From positions 7,304 through 71,303 of the forward strand of contig JAXIYC010000063.1 in assembly GCA_036304725.1 (NCBI GenBank): a stretch of 64,000 bases of DNA. The letters are read 5' to 3'. Below the pieces are notes generated by a model, which saw nothing but the letters and a program-made list of their open reading frames with translations, ran no database searches and had not been told where the DNA came from. Shown here piece after piece: positions 52,814 through 62,196 of the stretch; position 1 is the first letter of the stretch; each line of letters begins with the position of its first letter. The stretch comes from Collinsella sp. (lineage in GTDB: Bacteria; Actinomycetota; Coriobacteriia; Coriobacteriales; Coriobacteriaceae). Made by a program: the position numbers and the translations under genes.

Positions 52814-53524
52814 ATGGCGATCAAGGTGTTTGCCGACGGCGCTAACCTCGAGGGCATGCTTGACATGCACGACAATGGCAACGTTCAGGGCTTCACTACC
52901 AATCCTTCCCTTATGAAGGCCGGTGGCGTGACTGACTACCGTGCTTTTGCCAAGACGGTTCTTGAGCACATCACCGATGTGTCGGTCTCTTTTGAGGTGT
53001 TCGCCGACGACGAGGCTGGTATGGAGGCCGAGGCTCGCGAGATCGCAACCTGGGCGGACAACGTCTACGTTAAGATTCCGGCGCTCAACACCAAGGGCGA
53101 GTCCACCGCCGCGCTGGTCAAGCGCCTTTCCGCCGATGGCATCAAGGTGAATGTCACCACCATCTTCACGCCCGAGCAGGTCGACGAGTTCGTCGATGCC
53201 GTCTCTGCCGAGACCCCCTCTATTCTGTCCATCTTCGCCGGCCGTATCGCCGATACCGGCGTCGATCCGCTGCCCCTCATGGCAGAGTCCGTAAAGAAGG
53301 CTGCCGTCAAGCCCGCCGCCGAGGTTCTCTGGGCATCCACGCGTGAGGTACTCAACATCTTCCAAGCAGAGTCTGTTGGCTGCCAGATCATCACGGTCCC
53401 CAATGCCCTTCTCGCCAAGCGCAAGAATTTCGGGAAAGATTTGCTCGAGTACTCGCTTGATACGGTCAAGGGCTTTGCCCGCGACATTCAGGCGCTTGGT
53501 TTTCATATCCTGCCCGAGGAGTAG
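52814..53524 (+). CDS. transaldolase-family protein (paralogue 1)
   Basis: GFTTNPSLMK, the Schiff-base Lys context VYVKIP, and 236 aa. AAAGGA lies upstream of the ATG. Confidence 0.85.
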   Translation: MAIKVFADGANLEGMLDMHDNGNVQGFTTNPSLMKAGGVTDYRAFAKTVLEHITDVSVSFEVFADDEAGMEAEAREIATWADNVYVKIPALNTKGESTAALVKRLSADGIKVNVTTIFTPEQVDEFVDAVSAETPSILSIFAGRIADTGVDPLPLMAESVKKAAVKPAAEVLWASTREVLNIFQAESVGCQIITVPNALLAKRKNFGKDLLEYSLDTVKGFARDIQALGFHILPEE

Positions 53525-53533
53525 GGAGCTGTC

Positions 53534-53980
53534 ATGCTGACCGATCTTCTTAAACCCGAGCTTGTTGCCTGCCATGTCCAGGCCTCCGATTGGGAGGAAG
53601 CGATTAGGGCATGTGGCAAGCTGCTCGTTGACGCGGGCAAATGCGACCAGAGCTATGTCGACGCCATGATTTCATCGGTTCACAAATTTGGCCCCTATAT
53701 GGTTCTGGAAGAGGGTATCGCCATGCCCCACGCCCAGGCCGATGGCAATGTGAGCGAAGCGGGAATCTGCATCGTCACGCTTGATCCTGCGGTTGCATTT
53801 GGACACGAGGATTTCGATCCGGTTCACGTACTCGTGGGCATTTGCGCGCCCGACCCCAAGGCTCATCTTGGTTGCTTGGCGGAGCTTTCGCAGATGTTCG
53901 AGGACGAGGACTGCGTTGCCAAGCTCAGCGCGTGCGATACGCCCGAGCAAGTTCTGGAGACCATGCGTTCATTCTTTTAG
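53534..53980 (+). CDS. PTS EIIA component, ascorbate/Sga (EIIA-2) type
   Basis: 148 aa with GIAMPHAQAD (phospho-His context) and SgaA/UlaC-like layout. Confidence 0.85.
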   Translation: MLTDLLKPELVACHVQASDWEEAIRACGKLLVDAGKCDQSYVDAMISSVHKFGPYMVLEEGIAMPHAQADGNVSEAGICIVTLDPAVAFGHEDFDPVHVLVGICAPDPKAHLGCLAELSQMFEDEDCVAKLSACDTPEQVLETMRSFF

Positions 53981-54056
53981 GCCTTAATGGCACGGCGATG
54001 CGTCGCCGCTTTTGGATAGACGGGAAAACCGTCACGTGTAGGAGAGGAAGGTTGCC

Positions 54057-54332
54057 ATGCATATCATCACCGTATGCGGAAACGGCATCGGGTCCAGCCT
54101 GATGCTCGCTGGCAAAGTCGAGGAGCTTTGCGAGGAGGAGGGCATCAAGGCCGACGTTGAGTCTATGGACCTGAACGGTGCTTCTTCCGCAAATCCGGAT
54201 CTGTTCATCACCGTTAAGGAGCTCGCTCCCGAGCTTCACGGTAACGTCGTGATCGTTCGCAGCTATGTGAACAAGAAGAAGATCCGCGAAGACGCCCTCG
54301 AGGCAATCAAGGCGGCCGCCGCTAACGCCTAA
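54057..54332 (+). CDS. PTS EIIB component, ascorbate/Sga type
   Basis: 91 aa. MHIITVCGNGIGSSLM contains the catalytic Cys context of UlaB/SgaB-type EIIB. Confidence 0.88.
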   Translation: MHIITVCGNGIGSSLMLAGKVEELCEEEGIKADVESMDLNGASSANPDLFITVKELAPELHGNVVIVRSYVNKKKIREDALEAIKAAAANA

Positions 54333-54403
54333 AGCGGCACAAAAAAGGGCGGTTCCCTGTGGAAGAGGGAAACGCGCCCACGTAAAAAAGAAAGGAAGCC
54401 CAG

Positions 54404-55795
54404 ATGCAAGTCATCCTTCCCATACTTGAGTTTATCCAATCGATTCTGACCAAGCCAGCATGGATTATGGGCCTGTTCGCTTTTGTCGGCCTTGTCGCGC
54501 TTAAGCGTCCCGCCCACAAGGTGATGACGGGCACCCTGAAGCCGATCCTTGGCTACATCATGCTGTCTGCCGGCGCCGCTGTTGTTCAGGAGAACCTTGC
54601 TCCGCTGGGTACCTTCATCGAGACCGGTTTCCACATCACCGGCGTCGTGCCCAACAACGAGGTCGTCGTTTCGATGGCCCAGAGCGTCCTCGGCGTTCAG
54701 ACCATGATGATCCTGATTCTCGGCTACGTCGTGAACATTATCATTGCTTGCTTTACCAAGTTTAAGTACATCTTCCTGACGGGCCATCACAGCATGTTCA
54801 TGGCTTGCCTGCTGTCTGCTGTTCTGCAGGCATCTGGCTTCGAGGATGTCCAGCTTATCATTGTGGGCGGTATGTTCCTGGGCCTCGTGAGCGCCATGCT
54901 TCCCGCCGTCGGCCAGCGTTTCACCGAGAAGGTTACCGATGGCGACGAGATCGCCATGGGTCACTTCGGCTCGCTTGCCTACTATATCTCCGCTGCAGTC
55001 GGTACGCTGTTTGCTAAGGACGCCGAGGAGAACAGCACAGAGAAGATCGAGGTTCCCGAGAAGTATGCCTTCCTGCGCGACACCACCATCTCCACGGCTC
55101 TTACCATGGCCTTCTTCTACCTGGTGACTGCTTTTGCCGCTTACATCGCAGATCCTGCGGTTGTTACTGAGACTGCTGGCGGCGACAACGTGATTGTTTA
55201 CGCCCTGACCTGTGCTCTGTCCTTCGCCGTCGGCGTCACCATCGTCTACAACGGCGTCCGCATGATTCTCGCCGACCTGGTCCCGGCCTTCCAGGGCATC
55301 TCCAACAAGCTGATCCCCGGTGCCATCCCCGCCGTCGACTGCGCCGTCTTCTTCCCCTACGCTCCCACCGCCGTCATTCTCGGCTTTGTCGCTTCCTTTA
55401 TCGGTGGCGTGGTCGGTATGTTCATCGTGGGCGCTACCCTCGGTATCTTCATCATCCCGGGCATGGTTCCTCACTTCTTCTGCGGTGCTACCGCCGGCAT
55501 CTACGGCAATGCTACCGGTGGCCGCAAGGGTGCAGCTCTTGGCGCTTTCGTCAACGGCCTGCTCATCACCTTTGCCCCTGCTCTGCTCCTGCCTGTTCTT
55601 GACGTCTTCGGCTTCAAGAACACTACGTTCGGCGACTTCGACTTCTCCGTTATTGGTATTACGCTCGGCCGCGCTGCCGAGGCCTTCGGTACCACCGGTG
55701 TCTACGCGATTCTCGCTGTCCTTCTGATCGTCGCCTTTGTCCCCAACTTCATCCACACCAAGGGCGCTGTGATCAACCACGTTGAGGAAGAGTAA
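54404..55795 (+). CDS. PTS EIIC component, ascorbate/SgaT (UlaA) family
   Basis: 463-aa polytopic membrane protein with a UlaA/SgaT-like N-terminus (ILTKPAWIMGLFAFVGLVALKRP). Confidence 0.88.
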   Translation: MQVILPILEFIQSILTKPAWIMGLFAFVGLVALKRPAHKVMTGTLKPILGYIMLSAGAAVVQENLAPLGTFIETGFHITGVVPNNEVVVSMAQSVLGVQTMMILILGYVVNIIIACFTKFKYIFLTGHHSMFMACLLSAVLQASGFEDVQLIIVGGMFLGLVSAMLPAVGQRFTEKVTDGDEIAMGHFGSLAYYISAAVGTLFAKDAEENSTEKIEVPEKYAFLRDTTISTALTMAFFYLVTAFAAYIADPAVVTETAGGDNVIVYALTCALSFAVGVTIVYNGVRMILADLVPAFQGISNKLIPGAIPAVDCAVFFPYAPTAVILGFVASFIGGVVGMFIVGATLGIFIIPGMVPHFFCGATAGIYGNATGGRKGAALGAFVNGLLITFAPALLLPVLDVFGFKNTTFGDFDFSVIGITLGRAAEAFGTTGVYAILAVLLIVAFVPNFIHTKGAVINHVEEE

Positions 55796-55854
55796 TCCAG
55801 GCACACTTTAAGCCCTAATCGGGCGGAGCTCCGATAACCGGCTCCTACACGGAA

Positions 55855-55894
55855 GCGGTGACGTCTCAAATGAGGCGTCACCGCTTTTTGTTTT
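55855..55894 (+). terminator. intrinsic terminator after the EIIC gene
   Basis: Stem GCGGTGACGTCTCA / TGAGGCGTCACCGC (one internal mismatch) with loop AA, followed by TTTTTGTTTT. Confidence 0.85.
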
Positions 55895-56119
55895 GAAGTG
55901 GTTGTGAAAACGTATTGACGAAGCATCGTCTCTGCGCCGTGAGCGGAATCAAACGCAATGAATGGCAAAAACGTTTTGCTGCTGGGGTGTCGATATAAAA
56001 ATGGTAAAACCGTAAAACCGTTCGCCGAGAAGATAAAAACCCGCAGTTCACGCCTTGATAAACATAGGTAAAGTGTTTAGCAGTTTACCGGCCTTATGCA
56101 AACGAAAGGAATCAGGCAG

Positions 56120-56824
56120 ATGGCAATCAAGGTGTTCGCTGACGGTGCAAACCTCGAGGGCATGCTCGACATGTACGAGAACGGCAACGTTCAGGGTTTC
56201 ACGACCAACCCGTCCCTTATGAAGAAGGGCGGCGTGACGGATTACCGCGCGTTTGCCAAGGAGGTCCTAGCCCACATCACCGATGTGTCCGTGTCGTTTG
56301 AGGTCTTTGCCGATGACGTCGAGACCATGGAGGTCGAGGCCCGCGAGATTGCTACCTGGGCCGAGAACGTCTACGTCAAGATTCCGTGCGTGACCACCAA
56401 GGGCGAGTCCACCGCCGAGTTGGTGCGCAAGCTTTCGGCCGACGGCATCAAGGTCAATGTCACCACCATCTTTACGCCCGAGCAGGTCGACGAGATGGTC
56501 GAGACCGTTGACGCCGAGACCCCGTCCATCATTTCGCTCTTTGCCGGCCGTATCGCCGATACCGGCGTCGACCCCATTCCGTTTATGACGGAGTCGGTCG
56601 AGAAGGCCGCCGCCAAGCCCAACTGCGAGGTTCTGTGGGCGTCCACGCGCGAGCTCATCAATATCTACCAGGCGGAGGCCTGCGGCTGCCAGATCATCAC
56701 GGTGCCCAACAGCATCCTGGCCAAGCGCAAGAACATCGGCCGCGACCCGTACGAGGTCTCGCTCGACACCGTCCGCGGCTTTGCCAAGGATATCGCCGCT
56801 TTGGGCTTCCATATTCTGCCGTAA
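56120..56824 (+). CDS. transaldolase-family protein (paralogue 2)
   Basis: It is collinear with 52814-53524 over its whole length and keeps the same TTNPSLMK and VYVKIP motifs. ATG at 56120. Confidence 0.85.
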   Translation: MAIKVFADGANLEGMLDMYENGNVQGFTTNPSLMKKGGVTDYRAFAKEVLAHITDVSVSFEVFADDVETMEVEAREIATWAENVYVKIPCVTTKGESTAELVRKLSADGIKVNVTTIFTPEQVDEMVETVDAETPSIISLFAGRIADTGVDPIPFMTESVEKAAAKPNCEVLWASTRELINIYQAEACGCQIITVPNSILAKRKNIGRDPYEVSLDTVRGFAKDIAALGFHILP

Positions 56825-56959
56825 CGCGAACACTGACTACGCCGCGGGCTGCTCGCCCCGGCCTTTCCTTTCCCTATCGTTCACGCGCTTCGCGAGGGTC
56901 GCGCTAGGCAAAGGAAAGGCCGGGGCTGCCGACACGAACTTGCCAGTAGGTTGGTGATT

Positions 56960-56978
56960 GGCTTCCATATTCTGCCGT
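56960..56978 (+). repeat. 19-nt exact duplicate of the 3-prime end of the paralogue-2 coding sequence
   Basis: GGCTTCCATATTCTGCCGT occurs at 56804-56822 (the last codons, GFHILP) and again at 56960-56978. Confidence 0.9.
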
Positions 56979-57062
56979 GGACAAAGGTACCCTCGCCTGC
57001 GCCGTGCAAAATTGAGAATATTCAGCAAGGTAAAGGCTTTTACCAGCTGGTTGAAGCGCGGA

Positions 57063-57117
57063 ACAGCCCCCGTTTTGGCTCTGATGACGCTAAAACGGGG
57101 GCTGTTTCTTGCTTTTT
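57063..57117 (+). terminator. intrinsic terminator (plus strand)
   Basis: 14-bp stem ACAGCCCCCGTTTT / AAAACGGGGGCTGT followed by TTCTTGCTTTTT. Confidence 0.6.
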
Positions 57118-57148
57118 CGCCTCTGAGGGGCATCTGGAACGGCGGAAT

Positions 57149-57178
57149 TTGCAGAATACTCGCGATTTTGCACGTCGC
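57149..57178 (+). repeat. 30-nt dispersed repeat unit (copy related to 30733-30762)
   Basis: TTGCAGAATACTCGCGATTTTGCACGTCGC. Confidence 0.8.
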
Positions 57179-57205
57179 TGCAGGGGGTACCCTTGCTTTG
57201 GCGGT

Positions 57206-59353
57206 TTACTTCCCCTGCACCATGGTGAGCGAGATCTTCTTGCGGTCGCGATCGACCTTTTCGACCCACACCTTGACCGTGTCACCGACGCGTACCACGT
57301 CGCTGGGGTGCTTGACGAAGCGGTTGGCCAGCTTGGAGATGTGCACGAGGCCGTCCTGGTGCACGCCCACGTCGACGAAGGCGCCAAAGTCCACAACATT
57401 GCGCACCGTGCCCTTGAGTTCCATGCCGGGCTCCAGGTCGTCGATGGAAAGCGCCGAGCGGCTATAGACCACCTCGGGTGCGTCATCGCGCGGGTCGCGG
57501 CCGGGCTTCTTGAGCTCGTTGACGATGTCGATGAGCGTCAGGGTGCCACAGTCCAGGTCGCTTGCCAGCGCCGAGATGCTGCCCAGGCGGCGCTCGATAT
57601 CGGGCACGCCGCCGCGGCTGAGCTCGCTGGCCGCCACGCCAGCGCGCTCCAGGACGGACGTCGCCACCTCGTAGCTTTCGGGGTGGACGCTCGTCGCGTC
57701 GAGCGGGTTTTTACCGCCGCTGATGCGTAGGAAGCCAGCGGCGTTGAGATATGCCTTGGGGCCCAGTTTGGGGACCTTCTTGAGCTGGCGGCGATCGGTA
57801 AAGGCGCCGTTTTCCTCGCGGTAGGCAACGATGTTCTTGGCCACGCTCGGCGTGATGCCCGACACGTAGCCCAGTAGGCTCGCGCTCGCGGTGTTGACGT
57901 CGACGCCCACGCGGTTGACGACGTCCTCCACCACGTGGCCCAGCGTGCGCGAAAGCTCGGCCTGGTCAAGGTCGTGCTGGTACTGGCCCACGCCGATGGA
58001 CTGGGGCGGAATCTTGACGAGCTCGGCCAGCGGGTCCTGCAAGCGGCGGCCCAGGCTCATGGCGCCGCGCACGGTGACGTCCAGGTCGGGATACTCTTGG
58101 CTCGCGAGCTCGGAGGCGGAGTACACCGACGCGCCGGCCTCGTTCACGATGGTGTAGCGCAAGCCGGGCGCCTGCTCGGCAATGAACTCCGAGACGACTT
58201 CCTCGGTCTCGCGGCTGGCGGTACCGTTGCCGATAACGATGGTGTTGACGCCGTCCTTTTTGACGAGGCGGGCGAGCTCGCGCTTGGTGCCGGCGACGTC
58301 GTGGCGCGGCTTGGTGGGGTAGACCACGCCGTGGTCAAGCAGCTTGCCGGTCTCGTCCATGACGGCGACCTTGCAGCCGGTGCGGTAGCCCGGGTCGAGC
58401 GCCAGCACGCGGGCGCCACGGACGGGGCGTGCCGAGAGCAGGCCCTCTAGATTCTTGGCAAAGACGTTGATGGCCTCGGTCTGGGCGCGGACGGTGAGCT
58501 TGGCGCGGGCCTCGCGCTCCAGCGAGGGAGCCATGAGGCGCTTGTAGCCGTCGGCGATGGCGGCGTCAAAGACGGGGGCGAAGACGCCTTGGCGGCGGGG
58601 CCAGCGGTTGCCGAGGCGCGCCGTGGCGGCGGCGCCGTCGACGTTCACGCGCACGCGGAGCTTGCCCTCGCGCTCGCCGCGGTCGATAGCCAGCACGCGG
58701 TGGTTGGGGATGCGGCGCAGCGGCTCGTCATAGCTGTAGTAAGGCTCGTAGGGAGTCTTCTCGGCGGGATCGGTGGCCTCGACGACGATGTCGGCGGTGT
58801 TTTGTGTAAAGGCGCGCAGGTCGGCGACGTTCTCGGGGTCTTCGGCTACCGTCTCGGCCACGATGTCGGCAGCGCCGGCGAGTGCCTTCTCGGCGGTGTC
58901 GAAGCCGGCGTCCTCGTTGACGTAGGCCGCGGCCGCGTCGAGTGCGCTGCCCTTGGCCGAGGCCTGCATGATGATCATATTGGCGAGCGGCTCCAGGCCG
59001 GCCTCGCGAGCCTTCTGCGCGCGGGTCATGCGCTTTTTGCGGTAGGGCTTGTAGAGGTCCTCGACGCGCTGGAGCTGCGTGGCCTCGCGAATTTGCTGCT
59101 CGAGCTCGGGCGTGAGCTTGCCCTGGGAGTCGATGAGCAGGATGACGTCCTCTTTGCGCTGCTCAAGGTTGCGCAGGTAGGACAGGCGTTCGTCGAGCGC
59201 GCGCAGGGCGACGTCGTCCATGCCGCCCGTGGCTTCCTTGCGGTAGCGCGAGATGAAGGGGATGGTGTTGCCCTCGTCGATGAGCTTGACGGCCGCCTCG
59301 ACGTTGACGGCCTTAAGATTGAGCTCGCGGGCGAGCTGGGCGATAAGATCCAT
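57206..59353 (-). CDS. tex: Tex-like transcription accessory protein (S1 RNA-binding domain protein)
   Basis: N-terminal IPFISRYRKEATGG, a YqgF-like domain, HhH motifs, and a C-terminal S1 domain GTVRNVVDFGAFVDVGVHQDGLVHISKL. ATG at 59353. Confidence 0.92.
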   Translation of the reverse strand: MDLIAQLARELNLKAVNVEAAVKLIDEGNTIPFISRYRKEATGGMDDVALRALDERLSYLRNLEQRKEDVILLIDSQGKLTPELEQQIREATQLQRVEDLYKPYRKKRMTRAQKAREAGLEPLANMIIMQASAKGSALDAAAAYVNEDAGFDTAEKALAGAADIVAETVAEDPENVADLRAFTQNTADIVVEATDPAEKTPYEPYYSYDEPLRRIPNHRVLAIDRGEREGKLRVRVNVDGAAATARLGNRWPRRQGVFAPVFDAAIADGYKRLMAPSLEREARAKLTVRAQTEAINVFAKNLEGLLSARPVRGARVLALDPGYRTGCKVAVMDETGKLLDHGVVYPTKPRHDVAGTKRELARLVKKDGVNTIVIGNGTASRETEEVVSEFIAEQAPGLRYTIVNEAGASVYSASELASQEYPDLDVTVRGAMSLGRRLQDPLAELVKIPPQSIGVGQYQHDLDQAELSRTLGHVVEDVVNRVGVDVNTASASLLGYVSGITPSVAKNIVAYREENGAFTDRRQLKKVPKLGPKAYLNAAGFLRISGGKNPLDATSVHPESYEVATSVLERAGVAASELSRGGVPDIERRLGSISALASDLDCGTLTLIDIVNELKKPGRDPRDDAPEVVYSRSALSIDDLEPGMELKGTVRNVVDFGAFVDVGVHQDGLVHISKLANRFVKHPSDVVRVGDTVKVWVEKVDRDRKKISLTMVQGK

Positions 59354-59446
59354 GGGACTCCTTGCGTTTAAGGTGCGTTTGCAGCACAGGGCTACCAAGG
59401 ATACCACCCGCCCCAAAAGACTGTTTTGAGGCCGCGCCATGAAAAC

Positions 59447-59584
59447 GGCCTATCTACTACGTTTGAACCGCATGGGTCGACCATACCTGGTTTTTCCGAA
59501 AATACGCAACCCGTCTATCTGCGGTTTTGATTTTACGAAATTCGGCATGGTTGAGGGTAATCGGTTAAACGTAGTAGATAGGCC
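59447..59584. repeat. perfect 18-bp inverted repeat with 102-nt AT-richer spacer
   Basis: GGCCTATCTACTACGTTT (59447-59464) is the exact reverse complement of 59567-59584. One indel extends the pairing by 4 bp (GAACC / GGTT). Confidence 0.9.
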
Positions 59585-59655
59585 CATTTGGTGGCGAACG
59601 AATCAAGCCGAGGTGCAAAATAGCCCCCGCCCCAGAAAAATCGTCGTTAAGATAG

Positions 59656-59691
59656 CAAAAAGCCCCGCGGGCAGGAGGCTGCTCGCGGGGC
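59656..59691 (-). terminator. intrinsic terminator ending the minus-strand oxidoreductase operon
   Basis: On the minus strand the stem is GCCCCGCGAGCAG / CTGCCCGCGGGGC followed by TTTTTG. Confidence 0.8.
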
Positions 59692-59764
59692 AAAGAAGAG
59701 GGGCATATTTGTGGCGGACCGAGGGGTTCGGCATGGGGTTTCTGCCGCGGCCGCTCTTAAGGCA

Positions 59765-60805
59765 TTACAGCTCGACGAGCTGGCCGGTCTCGGCGGCCTC
59801 CTTGATGGCGTTGAGAAGCGTGAGCGTCTTAACGTTGTCGGCGGGGGTCACGACGGGCTCGACCTCGCGGCGGACAACCTTTACAAAGTGCTTGAGCTGC
59901 ATCTTGTGCGGCAGTGCCGGGTCGACAGCCGGAATCTCCATCTGCAGCGGCTTGTGCCAGTTGGAGGCGCCGTCGTAGGAGAACTGGTGCAGGCGGGGCA
60001 GCGAAAGGGCGCCCTTAGTGCCGCCGATAAAGTAGGCGTCGGCGTCGAAGGGGCGGTACTGCGGATCCTCGCGAGCGGTTGCCTCCCAGTTCCAGGGACT
60101 GGCGGTGGCGTCAGAGATGGTCATGCTTGCGAGCGCGCCATCGGCAAAACGGACGTTGACCACGGCGGAGTCCTCGGTCTCAAAACCGCGGGCGGCGCTG
60201 GACTGCATGCCCTGGACGGCAACGGGCTCGCCCAGCAGGTAGCGGAGCAGGTCGACGTCGTGCACCAGGTTGACCAGGATCGGGCCGGCACCCTTCTTAC
60301 GGCGCCACTCGACATCGAAGTACTCGTCATTCTTATAGATCATGTAGTGGAAGCTCGACACGGTGAGCTTGCCCAGCTCGCCGGACTCGATGATCTCCTT
60401 GGCCTTGTTGACGAAGGGATTGTGGCGACGGTGCTGACCCACGAGCACGGGCACGCCAGCGGTCTCGGCCTCGGCGGCGAAGGCCTGGGCATCCTCCAGG
60501 TCGTTGGAGATCGGCTTTTCGACCAGCGGCACGATGTTACGCTTCACGGCCTCGCGGGCAACGCCCAGGTGCAGGTCGTTGGGGGTGGCGATGATGACGG
60601 CCTCGGGCTTGATCTCGTCCATCATCTGGGCGGGATCGGTGAAGAACGGCACGCCGGCGGCCTCGGCCGTGGCGCGGGCGCCCTCGAAGGCGTCGGCGAT
60701 GGCGACGAGCTCGGCCTCGGGCTCCTCGGTGACAAAGCGGATGTGGTTGCGGCCCATGGCGCCGGCGCCGATAACGGCAATGCGGACGGGGTTGAGCTCA
60801 GACAT
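59765..60805 (-). CDS. Gfo/Idh/MocA family NAD(P)-dependent oxidoreductase
   Basis: N-terminal Rossmann motif RIAVIGAGAMGRNH and family-typical length. Confidence 0.88.
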   Translation of the reverse strand: MSELNPVRIAVIGAGAMGRNHIRFVTEEPEAELVAIADAFEGARATAEAAGVPFFTDPAQMMDEIKPEAVIIATPNDLHLGVAREAVKRNIVPLVEKPISNDLEDAQAFAAEAETAGVPVLVGQHRRHNPFVNKAKEIIESGELGKLTVSSFHYMIYKNDEYFDVEWRRKKGAGPILVNLVHDVDLLRYLLGEPVAVQGMQSSAARGFETEDSAVVNVRFADGALASMTISDATASPWNWEATAREDPQYRPFDADAYFIGGTKGALSLPRLHQFSYDGASNWHKPLQMEIPAVDPALPHKMQLKHFVKVVRREVEPVVTPADNVKTLTLLNAIKEAAETGQLVEL

Positions 60806-60835
60806 TTCGACTCCTTAATGGTGGTGGCGATGGAG

Positions 60836-60864
60836 TGTGACAAAGGGACAGTCCCTTTGTCACA
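60836..60864. repeat. palindromic hairpin repeat, GACAAAGGGACAG-CCCTTTGTC family (copy 4)
   Basis: TGTGACAAAGGGACAGTCCCTTTGTCACA differs from copy 3 only at the central base. It lies between two co-oriented genes of one operon. Confidence 0.95.
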
Positions 60865-60874
60865 TTGGCAATTG

Positions 60875-62131
60875 CTAAGCGGACTTCTTCTTGCTGTCGG
60901 AGACCATCATGTAGACGGTGAGCACGACGGCGATGGCGGCGATCACGATGGCGCCGTAGAAGGACTGCTGGTAGGCGGCGCTGCCAGCCTCGGCGTGATA
61001 CAGCACGGCGGTGATGGGCTGGCTGATCCAGGTGGAGGCGGCGTAGCCCAAAAACATGATGCCGTAGTTGACGCCGATGTTGCTGGTGCCAAAGGCGCCA
61101 CCGGTGAGCGGCGGGTAGATGACGAGCAGGGCGCCAAAGCTAAAGCCAAGCAGGGCGAGTGCGACAAAGAACATGCTCTGCGTAAAGCTCATCGACATGA
61201 TGACGAGCGCGACGATGGTGACGACAAGGCTGATGAGCAGCGACTTGTAGGCGCCGAGCTTATCGATGATCTGGCCAAAGGACAGGCGGCCGACCAGGTT
61301 GGCGCAGGTGTTGACGGAGACCACCACGCCGCCGAGGGCGACGGCTGCGGCGCTCGTGGGGTCGGTGAAGAGCTGGACGGCGGCGATGGAGGCAACCTTG
61401 CCCACGAGCAGGGTGCCCGCGGTGGCGGCAAAGGCGAAGGTGACGATGAGGACCCAGAAGCGCGGGGTCTTGACCATCTCGCCCGGGGTGAGGTCGCCGA
61501 AGGTGCCGGCATGCGCGCCGCCCTTGGGGGCCTCGAAGCCCTCGGGCAGCCAGCCGGCCTCGGGGGCCTTCAGGAACAGGGCGGAGGCGGCGATCGTCAC
61601 AAAGAAGATGACGCCGAGCGCCTTAAGGGCGCCAAAGATGCCCAGGCTCGGGATGAGCAGCGAGGCGAGCACCGGGGACAGCACGGCGGGACCGGCGGTC
61701 GAAGCGGCCAGGGTGATGCCGGAGGCGAGACCCTTCTTGTCGATGAACCACTTTTGGCCGGTGGTGAGCGCGGGGTTGTAGCCCAGGCCGTTGCCGATAG
61801 CGGCGACGAGCGAGAACCACAGGTAGAACTGCCACGGCTCGGTGACGGTGCCGGACATGAACCAGCCCACGCCGTAGCACACGGCGGCGGCGATCACGAC
61901 GTTGCGCGGGCCGATCTTATCGGAGATGCGGCCGGCGAAGATGCCCGTCACGGCCATGATGGTCTGAAAGACCGGGAAGGCCCAGGTAAGAGCGCTCGAC
62001 CACTCGGGGTAGACGGCGAGTAGGTTCTTGCTCACGACGGAATACAGCGCGATGGAGCTGATGAAGAACATGGTGACGCACGCGGCGGAAAGCACGACGG
62101 CGCGACCCTTGTTGGAGTTGGTGGAAGCCAT
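60875..62131 (-). CDS. MFS transporter (oxalate/formate-antiporter-like subfamily)
   Basis: 12 predicted TM segments and GRISDKIGPR between TM2 and TM3. Confidence 0.85.
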   Translation of the reverse strand: MASTNSNKGRAVVLSAACVTMFFISSIALYSVVSKNLLAVYPEWSSALTWAFPVFQTIMAVTGIFAGRISDKIGPRNVVIAAAVCYGVGWFMSGTVTEPWQFYLWFSLVAAIGNGLGYNPALTTGQKWFIDKKGLASGITLAASTAGPAVLSPVLASLLIPSLGIFGALKALGVIFFVTIAASALFLKAPEAGWLPEGFEAPKGGAHAGTFGDLTPGEMVKTPRFWVLIVTFAFAATAGTLLVGKVASIAAVQLFTDPTSAAAVALGGVVVSVNTCANLVGRLSFGQIIDKLGAYKSLLISLVVTIVALVIMSMSFTQSMFFVALALLGFSFGALLVIYPPLTGGAFGTSNIGVNYGIMFLGYAASTWISQPITAVLYHAEAGSAAYQQSFYGAIVIAAIAVVLTVYMMVSDSKKKSA

Positions 62132-62196
62132 TGGACTCTTTCTAATCGATGCGGGGGAGGAGCGGGCGTGTCCGCGGGCCTCCCTGTTAGGTTGGT

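Noticed and set aside
51662-53575. 637-aa minus-strand ORF that looks like one large protein.
   Set aside because: Only the C-terminal 263 codons (51662-52453) form a DeoR regulator with its own ATG. The upstream part runs antisense through the AT-rich intergenic region and the transaldolase-family and EIIA genes, and has no family resemblance.
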